Notes: generated from the sequence alone by a model not told the origin. A stretch of DNA of 40,815 bases from a virus (IMGVR_UViG_3300010282_000006:74315-115129), one strand, 5' to 3'; shown: positions 19,727 to 29,742, numbered from the stretch's first letter. Numbers and translations: made by a program.

Positions 19727-20227
19727 ATGGCACATTTCAAAAGCATCATCGACCAGAAGCAGGCGCTAAAAAGGGCGCTGCTGAAAAGCCAAAGCGTTGT
19801 CAATCTGCTGGTGAATACCGGAGATAACGTTCTGACGTTCGACCAAATTCAGACGGGGAGCAAAAGCCCCGCGAAGGACTTGATCAAAACGCATTTTTAT
19901 ATCCCGGGGACGCAGCAACACGATAAGAACTTCATCACAATGCGCTCGCGTGTTTCGTTTGCGGACAGCAATGTCGTCAAGGAGACGGAGCTGATCGTAT
20001 TTGTCGTCTGTAACGAAGACCAGATTGACCTTTTGCAGGGGTCGCGCGCAGACCTGCTTGCTGACGAGATCGACCAGATCCTCAACACGACGGATGCTCA
20101 GCTTTTCGGCTACGGATTTATCAAGATAGGCAGCGCCGAAGAGGTGCAGTTTATCGACGGATATTCCGGTTGGCAGCTTCGCTATGGCGTACATGAGATC
20201 AATCGAAAGGCGGAAAATCTGGCATGA
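19727..20227 (+). CDS. putative tail completion/terminator protein
   Basis: 166 aa; LLADEIDQIL pattern typical of tail terminators; position. Confidence 0.45.
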   Translation: MAHFKSIIDQKQALKRALLKSQSVVNLLVNTGDNVLTFDQIQTGSKSPAKDLIKTHFYIPGTQQHDKNFITMRSRVSFADSNVVKETELIVFVVCNEDQIDLLQGSRADLLADEIDQILNTTDAQLFGYGFIKIGSAEEVQFIDGYSGWQLRYGVHEINRKAENLA

Positions 20228-20976
20228 GCAGCGATTACGACGCACTGAGGATTTTGCGCGGGAGACCGTGTGAGATCGGCGGCGGCATCACTGTTCGTCA
20301 GCCGATTCTTGATGAGATCGAGAATTACGGCGAGCGCGACTACTTTGCGCTGGTGCGGACGCTTTGCGCGACGCCGGCAGATCAGAAGGTAGCGATATGG
20401 GATGCGCTGCATATCTATTGGGATGCAATGGACGAATACGAGCTGTTTGTGTCGCTTTTTGGCGCGGTGCAGAAGCAGGATTGCTCCATTTTGTTTTCTG
20501 GGCTTGACGTCGGCAGCTTTCAGCCGATGATCGACTCAAAGACACAGGAGGTAATACTACGCAACGTGGACGGCGTTGTGATCGACCGCTCAATCCACGC
20601 GAGCCTGACGGATTATCTGCGTAAGGTACACCGTTTTACAAAAAACGTGGACGTCGGTGCGGACATCGGGACGAAGGATATTATGATCGCGGACGACCGC
20701 GATGAGATGGAGCTTGCTGCACGCAAGCCGCCTGTCTCGCTTCTTTCGCCGCTCATATCTGCTATGACGAATTGCGCGGAGTTCAAGTACGGTTTCTTTG
20801 AGGTGTGGAATCTGCCGATTGGCGCTTTCATGGACGCCGTGGCGCGTGTGCAAAAGGTGAAGAGCTGTGATTACACGATTCGCGGTATTTATGCCGGCAA
20901 CGTGGACATCAAGAAGATCCCAAAGAGTCAACTGGACTGGATGGCAGAGCTGAAGCAGCCTGTGTCTGTGTCATAA
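20224..20976 (+). CDS. hypothetical tail-region protein
   Basis: 250 aa, coupled to upstream gene. Confidence 0.6.
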   Translation: MSSDYDALRILRGRPCEIGGGITVRQPILDEIENYGERDYFALVRTLCATPADQKVAIWDALHIYWDAMDEYELFVSLFGAVQKQDCSILFSGLDVGSFQPMIDSKTQEVILRNVDGVVIDRSIHASLTDYLRKVHRFTKNVDVGADIGTKDIMIADDRDEMELAARKPPVSLLSPLISAMTNCAEFKYGFFEVWNLPIGAFMDAVARVQKVKSCDYTIRGIYAGNVDIKKIPKSQLDWMAELKQPVSVS

Positions 20977-20997
20977 AAACTGAATACTTTTAACGAC

Positions 20998-21020
20998 GAG
21001 AGCCGGAAGGCTCTCTTTTT
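20998..21020 (+). terminator. intrinsic terminator upstream of major tail gene
   Basis: GAGAGCC-GGAA-GGCTCTC-TTTTT. Confidence 0.75.
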
Positions 21021-21047
21021 ATTTCAATATGAAAGGAAGATGTTACC

Positions 21048-21830
21048 ATGTTCAATGCAACCAACTTCATCATTGACAAGGTTCGTCGCGTTACCCGCGT
21101 GAACCTCAACTCCGGCGAAGTCGATTTCTCTATTACGAGCATTGCGAATCCGCAGATCGAGTTCACCGGCGAGTCCACCGACAAGACCGATGCGCAGGGT
21201 ACGCTGCTTGCCCGTTTAGACACCGCCAAGGGCGTCAACTTCTCTGGCGAGGGTTCTCTGCTCTCTCTCGGCCTGATGGCTGCGCAGCTCGGTACTGATG
21301 TTCAGGTCGCCACTTCCGCTGCGAAGCTGACCGGCAAGGTCTTCGAGACGCTGAAGGTCGTCACCTCCGGCGATCCCGCTGCCAAGACCGCTACGCTCAC
21401 CCACACGCCGAGCACTGCGCCCGCCTGTGTTTACACCCTCTCCGAGGACAAGAACATCAACGGCAAGATCGAGATCGGTGCCGATGAGGGCGACGCCACC
21501 ATTTCCGGCAAGGTCATCACTCTGCCCGACGGCTTCACCGGCACTATGATCGGCGTCCTGTACGAGTACGAGACCGAGAGCGCAGTCAAGGTCGTTGACG
21601 GCAGCGAGAACTTCGCCGAGGCTGCGGAGTACATCGTCGACATCCTTGCGGCGGACGTCTGCAATCCCGCGAGCAAGCGCGCTGGCGTGATCGTGTTCCC
21701 GAAGGCGAAGATCGACAACAACTTCTCGATCAATCTCACCACCGAGGGTACGCATCCGTTCGGCTTCACCGCGCTCAAGGACTATTGCTCCGACGATGCG
21801 GAGCTGTGCTACGTCCTCTTCAACGAGTAA
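21048..21830 (+). CDS. major tail tube protein
   Basis: 260 aa, Thr/Gly/Ala-rich beta pattern, capsid-like codon bias. Confidence 0.7.
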   Translation: MFNATNFIIDKVRRVTRVNLNSGEVDFSITSIANPQIEFTGESTDKTDAQGTLLARLDTAKGVNFSGEGSLLSLGLMAAQLGTDVQVATSAAKLTGKVFETLKVVTSGDPAAKTATLTHTPSTAPACVYTLSEDKNINGKIEIGADEGDATISGKVITLPDGFTGTMIGVLYEYETESAVKVVDGSENFAEAAEYIVDILAADVCNPASKRAGVIVFPKAKIDNNFSINLTTEGTHPFGFTALKDYCSDDAELCYVLFNE

Positions 21831-21842
21831 GAGGATGCCGGC

Positions 21843-22169
21843 ATGACGAGAGTTTGCCAGATTTGCGGCGCGTCGTATGAGACCTGTTATGTGTGCGAAA
21901 AGACGCGCAGTTGGCGGACTCTTACCGACACGCAGGAGCATTATCGCGTTCTTCTTGCGCTGATGGACTATAGAAGCGGCAGTAAGACTGCGGATGAGAC
22001 GCTGGACGCACTTCTCCGCATGAATGTGGAGCTGGACGACCTGAGCGGCTATACGCAGAGTACGGCAAAGCTGCTGCAGGAGATCATTGGTGACAAGGAA
22101 GAAAGGGAACGGCGCACAAACGACTTCCAAACGTGGCGCGCCTCTTTTTCCAGCGACGATAAGGAGTGA
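21843..22169 (+). CDS. hypothetical protein with N-terminal CxxC..CxxC zinc finger
   Basis: CQICG..CYVC; 108 aa. Confidence 0.6.
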   Translation: MTRVCQICGASYETCYVCEKTRSWRTLTDTQEHYRVLLALMDYRSGSKTADETLDALLRMNVELDDLSGYTQSTAKLLQEIIGDKEERERRTNDFQTWRASFSSDDKE

Positions 22170-22198
22170 AAAAAGGCGGGCGGATGCCCGCCTTTTTT
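22169..22198. terminator. bidirectional intrinsic terminator
   Basis: AAAAAAGGCGGGC-GGAT-GCCCGCCTTTTTT. Confidence 0.8.
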
Positions 22199-22217
22199 TA
22201 GCGTATGGGAGGAAGGT

Positions 22218-22784
22218 ATGAAAATCATTGCTGTAGACCAAGCGCGACGCGGCGCGTGGTCGGTTTTTGACTATGAAGAAAAGAAATTGCTCGATTACGG
22301 TGTGTGGTCGTTTCCGAGCGAGAAATGCACATTTGAACAAGCTGTTTTGCAAATCGAAACCCTGCTCGATGGAGTGATACGCAAGCATGGTGTTGACGCT
22401 GTTTTTCTTGAAGATATCCAACTGCGCAGGAACGTGCAGTCCTTTAAGAAGCTGGCGCAGCTTCAGGGCGTACTCGTGAACTTATGTAAGAAGAACGAAT
22501 ACCTTTACGGTTTGGTTCCACCGGCACAGTGGCAGAGTTTTTGCAAGGCAAGAGGCAGAACAAACAAAGAGATCAAGGCGAAGGTGACTGAGATCGAGGG
22601 CGTAAAAAAGACGTCCAAGATCCTTTTGATCCAAGCGGCAAGAAACATATATGGGGTCGAGACGGATGACGACAATCTTGCCGACAGCATTATGCTGGGT
22701 CATTACTGCGTCAACCAAATCAAGATCATTTCCAAAGGAATCAATGAAGCAGAGACAGAAACAGGAGGATCGCACTATGAGTAA
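22218..22784 (+). CDS. ruvC: RuvC-like Holliday junction resolvase
   Basis: IIAVDQ, VFLEDI and DNLADSI acidic catalytic motifs. Confidence 0.7.
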   Translation: MKIIAVDQARRGAWSVFDYEEKKLLDYGVWSFPSEKCTFEQAVLQIETLLDGVIRKHGVDAVFLEDIQLRRNVQSFKKLAQLQGVLVNLCKKNEYLYGLVPPAQWQSFCKARGRTNKEIKAKVTEIEGVKKTSKILLIQAARNIYGVETDDDNLADSIMLGHYCVNQIKIISKGINEAETETGGSHYE

Positions 22785-23418
22785 TCAGAAAAGCATGGGC
22801 TTTGAGTTTGAGAGGGATTTCATCGACGTCGATGGCCTGATGGATACGCGACTGCCCGATCCGACGATGCTGGAATACTACCGTGGGCTGCATGATCGCA
22901 TGATCGAGTGGAACGGAGACATTGACGACGGCACACTTGAAATCGCGCATTATATCCGCAAGTGGAACCGCGAGGATTGCGGCCTTGAACCGGAGAGGCG
23001 TAAGCCGATTCGCATTTTCATCAACTCGGGCGGCGGAAGCGTGGATGCCGTGATGAACGTGATCGACACGATCCGCCTCTCTAAGACGCCTGTTTACACC
23101 ATCGGCCTCGGTCGTGTTTACAGCGCGGGCGGGCTTCTCCTGATGGCAGGACATAAGCGTTACATCTTCGAGCATACGAGCTGCCTTATTCACGATGGCT
23201 CTTCCGGCGCGGTCGGCAGCATCGGTAAGATGCTGGACAACCTTGAATTTACCAAGGAGCTTGAGCGTCGGCTGAAGAAGTATGTTCTTGACGCGACGAA
23301 GATCGACGAGGAGACGTTCGACAAGAACTATCGCCGCGATTGGTTCCTGTTCAGCGACGAGATGATTGCGCTGGGCGTCGCGGATGAGATCGTGAACGAT
23401 CTTGACGACATCTCATAA
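22777..23418 (+). CDS. clpP: ClpP-family serine protease
   Basis: IFINSGGGSV, GRVYSAGG (catalytic Ser), LIHDG (His), RDWFL. Confidence 0.8.
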   Translation: MSNQKSMGFEFERDFIDVDGLMDTRLPDPTMLEYYRGLHDRMIEWNGDIDDGTLEIAHYIRKWNREDCGLEPERRKPIRIFINSGGGSVDAVMNVIDTIRLSKTPVYTIGLGRVYSAGGLLLMAGHKRYIFEHTSCLIHDGSSGAVGSIGKMLDNLEFTKELERRLKKYVLDATKIDEETFDKNYRRDWFLFSDEMIALGVADEIVNDLDDIS

Positions 23419-23433
23419 AAGGGAGGCTCGTGT

Positions 23434-24153
23434 ATGGCGCGAAAGAACACGCAGAGCGCACAGACGGACATCGCGGCGGCAAAGGATGCGCCGCAGACGC
23501 TCAAAGATCATCCGTACTACGGACTCAGACTTGACGAATATCAGGAGGCTTTTCGCGACGCGATCTGGAACCCCGATATTCGCTTTGTTTCTGTTGACGC
23601 CGTTGCAGGTTCCGGCAAGACCACCATCGCAATCGCTACGGCGTGTTTGCTGTATGCCTATGGGTTGGTCGACGGCTGTATCTATTGTAGGACGCCGGCA
23701 TCCGAGGGTCGGATCGGTTTTCTTCCGGGCGATCAAGCGTCAAAAGAAAGGCCGTATATGCAGCCTCTTTACAATACGCTGTGCAATATCGGCGAGAATC
23801 CATACACGGCGATCGACACCAGCTCCAATATGGAGAACCGGAAGTATCAAACCGGTTATTGGCAGGCGATTACAGACGTGTATCTGCTCGGCGACGATTT
23901 CAAGAATAAGGCGGTCGTTATTGACGAAGCACAGTGCATGACGACGGATCAGCTTCGCACGATCATCACCAGATGCCACGATAGCTGCAAGGTCATGGTG
24001 ATCGGCTCAACGCTCCAAATACAGGGCATTGCCAAGGAGGAGTCAGGGTTTACGCATTGCATTGAGCATTTTGAAGATCGTCCGTGGGCGAAGCACTGCG
24101 TTTTGGTGAACAACTATCGTGGTGAGATGAGCGCATGGGCGGACAAACTTTGA
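23434..24153 (+). CDS. phoH: PhoH-family ATPase
   Basis: AVAGSGKT, RIGFLPGD, VIDEAQ, GSTLQ motifs. Confidence 0.85.
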   Translation: MARKNTQSAQTDIAAAKDAPQTLKDHPYYGLRLDEYQEAFRDAIWNPDIRFVSVDAVAGSGKTTIAIATACLLYAYGLVDGCIYCRTPASEGRIGFLPGDQASKERPYMQPLYNTLCNIGENPYTAIDTSSNMENRKYQTGYWQAITDVYLLGDDFKNKAVVIDEAQCMTTDQLRTIITRCHDSCKVMVIGSTLQIQGIAKEESGFTHCIEHFEDRPWAKHCVLVNNYRGEMSAWADKL

Positions 24154-24175
24154 TGAATATTTGGAGGATTCCAAA

Positions 24176-24799
24176 ATGAAGAAAATTTCTGTGGATACGG
24201 TCAGGACATATCTCAAGGCAGTGGGCGATCCGACCGACGCCAAGGTAAGCATGAAGCTCGCGGATGGCACGGAGATCGGCGTGACGTTGCGCACGAAATT
24301 GTCTACGACCGAAAAATCCGTGTTCATTTCTCGCGTGCTGAGCGGGTGCTTTGACGAGCGCGGCGATTTTCGCCCCGAATATGTCACGCCCATGCTGCGC
24401 GCGACGATTTTGCAGATGTGCAGCGACCTTCCTGCGATCTCTCCGCGCGGCAAGAGCGCGGATCTCGACATCGACGCGATGAACACTCTGTATGAGACGC
24501 TTGCCCTTGATGAGCTGGATGACGCCGGCTATCAGAGGATAATGCGCGAGATGGTCTTCCTGTGCCAGGACGCGATTGAGTGGCGCAAGTCGCGCGAGCT
24601 TCACAGCGCCGAGAACGCTGTGAGGAACGCGGCGAACGCCATTCGCGAATTGATGAGCGTGTTGACAGACAAGTTTGGCGCGCTCGATATGGATGCGCTT
24701 GCAGAAAGTGCGGGAAGGCTTGCCAAGACAACAGACGGACTGCAGGGCGACGCGCTTCGCGAAGCCTTTGTTAAGGCCGGTTTGGAAGTTGTGAAGTAA
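24176..24799 (+). CDS. hypothetical protein, possible tail assembly chaperone
   Basis: 207 aa helical protein two genes upstream of TMP; GGAGG RBS. Confidence 0.45.
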   Translation: MKKISVDTVRTYLKAVGDPTDAKVSMKLADGTEIGVTLRTKLSTTEKSVFISRVLSGCFDERGDFRPEYVTPMLRATILQMCSDLPAISPRGKSADLDIDAMNTLYETLALDELDDAGYQRIMREMVFLCQDAIEWRKSRELHSAENAVRNAANAIRELMSVLTDKFGALDMDALAESAGRLAKTTDGLQGDALREAFVKAGLEVVK

Positions 24800-24821
24800 T
24801 ATCGAAAAGGAGGCGTGCGCA

Positions 24822-25358
24822 ATGAAGGCAATGTCAATCAGCGAGGCGCTTAGATATGCGAATCAGAAGATCCGTCCGATGGTCAACGACGCATTGGGCG
24901 GGGAAGTCCTTGATACCGTCGCCGAGGTTGAGCACGCGAAGATCCAGAGTGAAGTGTACGACAAGCACAAGCCGAAGCATTACAAGCGGCGCGGCGATCG
25001 CGGCGGCCTTTCTGATATGGAGCACAATCTTGCAATCAACAACGCATCACTCAAGCTCGGCGCGTTGTATGTTGAGAACGTGACACCGCCCAATCCGTTC
25101 AACAACGGCGTCGGCGTGCGACCAATCGACGGTGTAGGCGGGTACTCATCGACAACTCCGGATGAGCCGATTGCCGGACTTGTTGAGCGTGGAACCTACA
25201 ATCCGAACGGGTACGGATACGATTACTGGTCTGATGCGTTTGCCAGACCGTTTATCGCGAAGACGCGCGCGGCGCTGCGCGGCGGGAAAGCGCAGAAAGC
25301 GCTTGCGGACGGACTCAGACGGAATGGTCTGACGGTTATTACTAAGAAAGGACGGTGA
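24822..25358 (+). CDS. putative neck/tail component (HK97 gp10-like)
   Basis: YKRRG..GGL and RPFIAKT motifs; coupled to TMP. Confidence 0.4.
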   Translation: MKAMSISEALRYANQKIRPMVNDALGGEVLDTVAEVEHAKIQSEVYDKHKPKHYKRRGDRGGLSDMEHNLAINNASLKLGALYVENVTPPNPFNNGVGVRPIDGVGGYSSTTPDEPIAGLVERGTYNPNGYGYDYWSDAFARPFIAKTRAALRGGKAQKALADGLRRNGLTVITKKGR

Positions 25359-28300
25359 TGAGCTTGGCTGAAAATGACGATCTGATGATAGTGGTAAGGA
25401 CGCGGCTGGAGGCTGACGAGGAAGCGTCGGCACAGCGAATTTCGGCGCAGCTTCCGTCCATTGCGGCAAAAATCAACGAGAAGAGCAGCATCAAGGTCGG
25501 TGTGACGCTGGATGAGCGCAACACCGACAGGCTGCAAAACAGCATTTCCCAGCAGCTTTCGCGCATACATGTCGATCCCGTCAATATTGGCATCAAGGTA
25601 ACGGGTGATGCAAAGAAGATGCTGCGAGAGGCAATGGCCGGCAGCGGTATCGACGAGAGCTCCGAGCTGATGAAGTCCATGACGAAGAACCTCACCGGCA
25701 TGGATGTGCAGGTCGGTAAGATCCATGCGCAGTGGGTGAAGGTGGGAAGGCAAAAAGAGCGGCTGCTACAGCTCGACATCTACGGGCGCGATGCGCTTGG
25801 TAAAGAAGTTCTGCTGATGCAGCAGTATGCGCAAAACGGGCGCAAGGTTGATGAGCAGGTAAAGGACGTCACGTTGAATATTGATAAGCTCAACAGACAG
25901 TCCGAGCAGGCGGCGAGAAAAGAACAGCGCGACAACGAAAACCGCCTCAATTACATTCGCGCGCAGAGCGACGCCCTTGAAAAACTTAAGGCGCAGTATT
26001 TGTCGCCGAAGGACGGTCTTCACGGAGAGAATCTGGAGAGCGCCGAGTCGCAATATGCGAAAATATCTGCGAGGCTTGATGAGCTGCGCGCAAAGAACGG
26101 CGCGTTGACGGACGAGGAAAAACGCGGCATTGACGGCGTTATCGCCGAGATGCAGCGCGAGATACAGACCATGAAGCAGGTGGAGTCCGTCGAAGAGAGC
26201 GCGGCGCGCAAGTCAAAAAGTGAAAATGACGCGCGCGTGGCTTCGCTTACCACGTTGTCGTCAAAGCTGGATGCCGTACAGAAGAAGTATCAGGGCTTGA
26301 CCGGCGTGAAGGGCGTGCAGGGTGAAGGCCATCTGAGCGAGCTGAACCGGAAGTATCAGGAAATCTTTGATACGATTACGCGGTTGCAAGGTGCAACTGG
26401 CGCGCTGAGCCAGACGCAAAGGACGGAAATTGACGCGCAGATCAAAGAACTCGACAGGCTAAGCGATCAGTATTACCGTGTTGAGCATGTGGCGACGCAG
26501 CTTCGCACCAAGAATGTCTGGGAGGTCAATTCCGATTATGCGAATGAGCTGGACGTCTACGCGAAGAAGCTGCAAACGTCCGGGCTTTTGACGAAGGATT
26601 TTGAAGAACGTATCGCCTCGCTTCGCAATCAGCTTTCAACCGCGTTTGACAGCAAGAGCCTGACCGACTTTGCAGATCAGTTTGACCGCTTGAAGGGCGC
26701 GGTCGGATCGTTCAAGGCCGGACAGGAGCTTGAGGCGACGATCGGGCGCATCAACAGCGAGATGGCGGTCATGCCGTCTCAGTTCCAGGCGGCGGAAAGA
26801 CGTCTTGAAGGCATAATTCATCCAACCGAAACGCTTGAGGCGAACATGAGGCGGCTTCGGGATCTTTCGGCGCAGGTCAACAGTGAGCAGGACGCCAACC
26901 GCAAGATTGAGGCGTACAACCGGCTGAAACAGACGCTTGCGCTGGTAAATACCGAGATGGCGGCGCTGACGCGAACGCAGAATACTGGACTGCGCGACGA
27001 GAAGCTGACGGCGAATTTGGAGAAGGCGAAGGCGGATCTTCTGACGGTCGGAAGAACGTGGAGCGCGCTCAAGGCTGACAAGGGACTGAATTTGCAGTTT
27101 GAGCAGCTTTTGGCGAATCTCGACCGCGTGAACAATGCCGGAGATCTTTCCAAGTGGCGCGCGGAGTTCAACGCCTTTAAGAGTGAGGTCAAGGCTGCCG
27201 GAAAGAATGTGCAGTCGCTTGGTGACATCCTCAAGAACAACCTTGGCAAGGTTTTGCAGTGGGTGAGCGCAACAACGCTTTTATTCCGTGCGATAAGGTA
27301 CTTGCGGCAAGGCATCCAGACGGTTGTTGACCTTAATACCGCGATGATCGACCTACGCAAGGTGACGAAGGCAACCGGCGAAGAGTACGAGGCGTTTTAC
27401 CGCCAGTCGAATGAGACGGCAAAGCAGCTCAATCTGACGACGCAGGAGGTCATTTCGCAGACGGCCGAGTTTGCCCGATTGGGATATGCACTTGAGGATG
27501 CCTCGAAGCTCGCGCAGAACGCAGCAATCTTCAAGATGGTCTCTCCCGGCATGAGTCAGGAGACGGCGGTTGACGGACTTATCAGCATCGTCAAGGCGTA
27601 CGGCATTGAGGTCGAAGACACAATGGATGGCATCATCTCGAAAATCAACGAGGTGGGTAATAAGTTTGCCGTCAGCAACAACGACCTCGTTGAGGTGATG
27701 ACGCGCGCGTCGAGCGCGATGTCCGCAGCCAACAATACGTTTGAGGAGACCGTTGCGCTTGCGACGGCTGCTATTGAAATCACGAGGGACGCCGCCACGA
27801 CGGGCAATGCCCTGAAGACGCTTTCCATGAGGATTCGCGGCTACGACGAGTCCACGGAGGAATATTCCGAGGACGTTGCCGTTCTGACCGGCAAAATCGC
27901 CGATCTTACAAAGGTCGCAGGGAATGGCGGAAAGGGCGTGAGCCTCTTTGAGGTAGGTGATCCCAACACATATCGTTCGACCTACGCGATCTTGCAGGAC
28001 ATCGCGGCGATCTGGGACGAGTTGACAGACAAGAACCGCGCGCAACTGCTGGAAGCTCTGTTCGGTAAACGTCAGGCGCAGGTTGGCAGCGCGATCCTTT
28101 CCAACTTCTCTCAGGCAGCCGACGCGATGGACAAGATGGCGGACAGCGCAGGAAGCGCCGAGCGCGAGATGGCGAAGGTTATGGAGAGCGTGGAGTACCG
28201 CGCGAACGCCCTCAAGGAAACTTGGGTAGGCATTGCGCAGAATATATTCCAGAGCGACGATTTGAAGCTGGGGATTTCCCTTCTCCAGACTATCTCCAAT

Positions 28301-28396
28301 GTTATTGATACGCTGACCGACAAGCTGGGATTGCTTGGCACGGTCGGCATCGCGGCGACTATCGCGTCTTTGCGTAAGTTGAACGCGACGGCGGGT
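25355..28396 (+). CDS. tape measure protein, exon 1 (1014 codons; unspliced frame reads on to stop at 28471)
   Basis: Long coiled coil plus TMP core (FEETVALATAAIEITRD..GNALKTLSMRIRG); ends at U of the P1 U.G pair. Confidence 0.85.
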
Positions 28397-28609
28397 GAAC
28401 CCAAAGTGACGGGTTTCATGATTGCGCCCGCCTATACCCCGGTGGCGACACGGAACGAGCTTGCGGCATGACCGCAGGCAAGGGGGTATTGGAAAAACCG
28501 ACGAACATGGCTCCGCGTGGAGCTGCGAGTTTAGATCATTCTCGCACGGGAAGCCCGAAAGGGTAATCCGCAGCCAAGCTCATTATACAAGCAGTCTCAT
28601 AAAACAGAA

Positions 28610-28642
28610 CAGAGAGCCGGTGCTACTTTCACCGGCTCTCTG
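28610..28642 (-). terminator. intrinsic terminator for antisense peptide gene
   Basis: 13-bp perfect stem CAGAGAGCCGGTG/CACCGGCTCTCTG followed on minus strand by TTCTGTTTT. Confidence 0.75.
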
Positions 28643-28656
28643 CCGCAGTCTGCGCA

Positions 28657-28740
28657 TTACCTGTCGCGCCTGCTGAGAATTGCGTCGTAGAGAGCCATCG
28701 AAATGAGGTTCAGTACGATGATGTTGATGTACTCAGCCAT
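28657..28740 (-). CDS. 27-aa hydrophobic peptide, type I toxin-like (MAEYINIIVLNLISMALYDAILSRRDR)
   Basis: GGAGGTG RBS 6 nt before ATG; single hydrophobic helix plus charged tail; own promoter and terminator. Confidence 0.65.
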   Translation of the reverse strand: MAEYINIIVLNLISMALYDAILSRRDR

Positions 28741-28830
28741 AGCGTTCACCTCCGTCACGTCCGAAGTGTCGGGCGAATCGCAGAGCGATTGAAGCACAGA
28801 GGCTTGTACGGAGGACAGACTGACAAAACG

Positions 28831-28859
28831 ATTATACTGCGACAGGCAGAGCTTGTCAA
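28831..28859 (-). promoter_or_regulatory. perfect sigma-A/sigma-70 consensus promoter (antisense, inside intron P6 loop)
   Basis: Minus strand TTGACA (28859-54), 17 nt, TATAAT (28836-31). Confidence 0.85.
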
Positions 28860-28999
28860 ATTGTATGGTGAGAGGGTTCAGAGAGCATAATGTCGGCACG
28901 GTCTACGGATTGTGATGGGGTGCTCCAAATCCAACCGCCCGCCAGAAATGGCGGGCGGTCAAAATGATATGCGGTCAAGCCGCCGCAGATCGAAAATGG

Positions 29000-29683
29000 C
29001 TAAAATCTACATCCACAGTTGTTGCATTTCCACGTTTTGCCTATGTCACCGGCTCCAAAAATGCCAAAGGCGTAGACCTTGAGAAAGCTGCCGGTCTTGG
29101 AGATTTTCGTCAGACTGGTAGAGCGGCAATAAGGGCAGGTAGGGATGTTGGCTGCAGGTTTTGGTACGGCGGTTGAAATCGGTTTCCATGTCGAACGATC
29201 AACCAGATCCTTGACGGGTGCTGGAGGTTCGCGCGGGGGAAGGTCGCGAAGAGAGCGGCTACGGTTGAGCTGACCGTATAAGTCATTTAGGTGAGCTTTG
29301 TATTCTTGAGACAATTTATCGCCGATGTTGCGAGGAAAAATCAGTTGCTCAAAATGATCCGCTTCTTTTTCCAAAACGCCGCTCGACTCTGATTGCGGCA
29401 AGTCGATTTCAACGTATGGCGCGTTGCAGTTACACATTGGCTTGCCATTTTTGCTTGGCTGAGCCTCGTTGTAGTAATACTCTCTCGCGCATTTGGCGCA
29501 GACCTTGACACGCGGCTCCTTTGATGAAAGCTGGAACATTGCAACCTGCGACAGAAGTTTTTGGTGGTAGTCGCTTTGCTCCTTCTGCTTGAGATGGTTC
29601 GCAATCGGAAAGCCGCAGTGCGGACAGGACACCGCTGCGGAAGACACTTGCTGATTGCACTCAGGACACACGATAAGCGCCAT
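29000..29683 (-). CDS. triple zinc-ribbon protein (antisense, inside intron P9 region)
   Basis: CPEC..CPHC, CAKC..CNC, CPYC..CNNC; AAAGGAG RBS 10 nt before ATG 29683. Confidence 0.8.
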   Translation of the reverse strand: MALIVCPECNQQVSSAAVSCPHCGFPIANHLKQKEQSDYHQKLLSQVAMFQLSSKEPRVKVCAKCAREYYYNEAQPSKNGKPMCNCNAPYVEIDLPQSESSGVLEKEADHFEQLIFPRNIGDKLSQEYKAHLNDLYGQLNRSRSLRDLPPREPPAPVKDLVDRSTWKPISTAVPKPAANIPTCPYCRSTSLTKISKTGSFLKVYAFGIFGAGDIGKTWKCNNCGCRF

Positions 29684-29713
29684 AAACCACACGCTCCTTT
29701 CTGCTTGCTATGG

Positions 29714-29742
29714 ATTATATCACTAACACAACGGGATTTCAA
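29714..29742 (-). promoter_or_regulatory. sigma-A promoter with extended -10 driving the zinc-ribbon gene
   Basis: Minus strand TTGAAA (29742-37), 17 nt, TG-n-TATAAT (29719-14). Confidence 0.8.

Noticed and set aside
24176-25358. Programmed -1 frameshift of tail assembly chaperones before TMP
   Set aside because: No XXXYYYZ slippery heptamer seen near the ORF ends; both ORFs have their own RBS
28657-28899. 80-aa version of the antisense intron ORF in the ORF track
   Set aside because: Its start lies upstream of the sigma-A promoter and within the intron catalytic core; the RBS-supported start is 28740 (27 aa)
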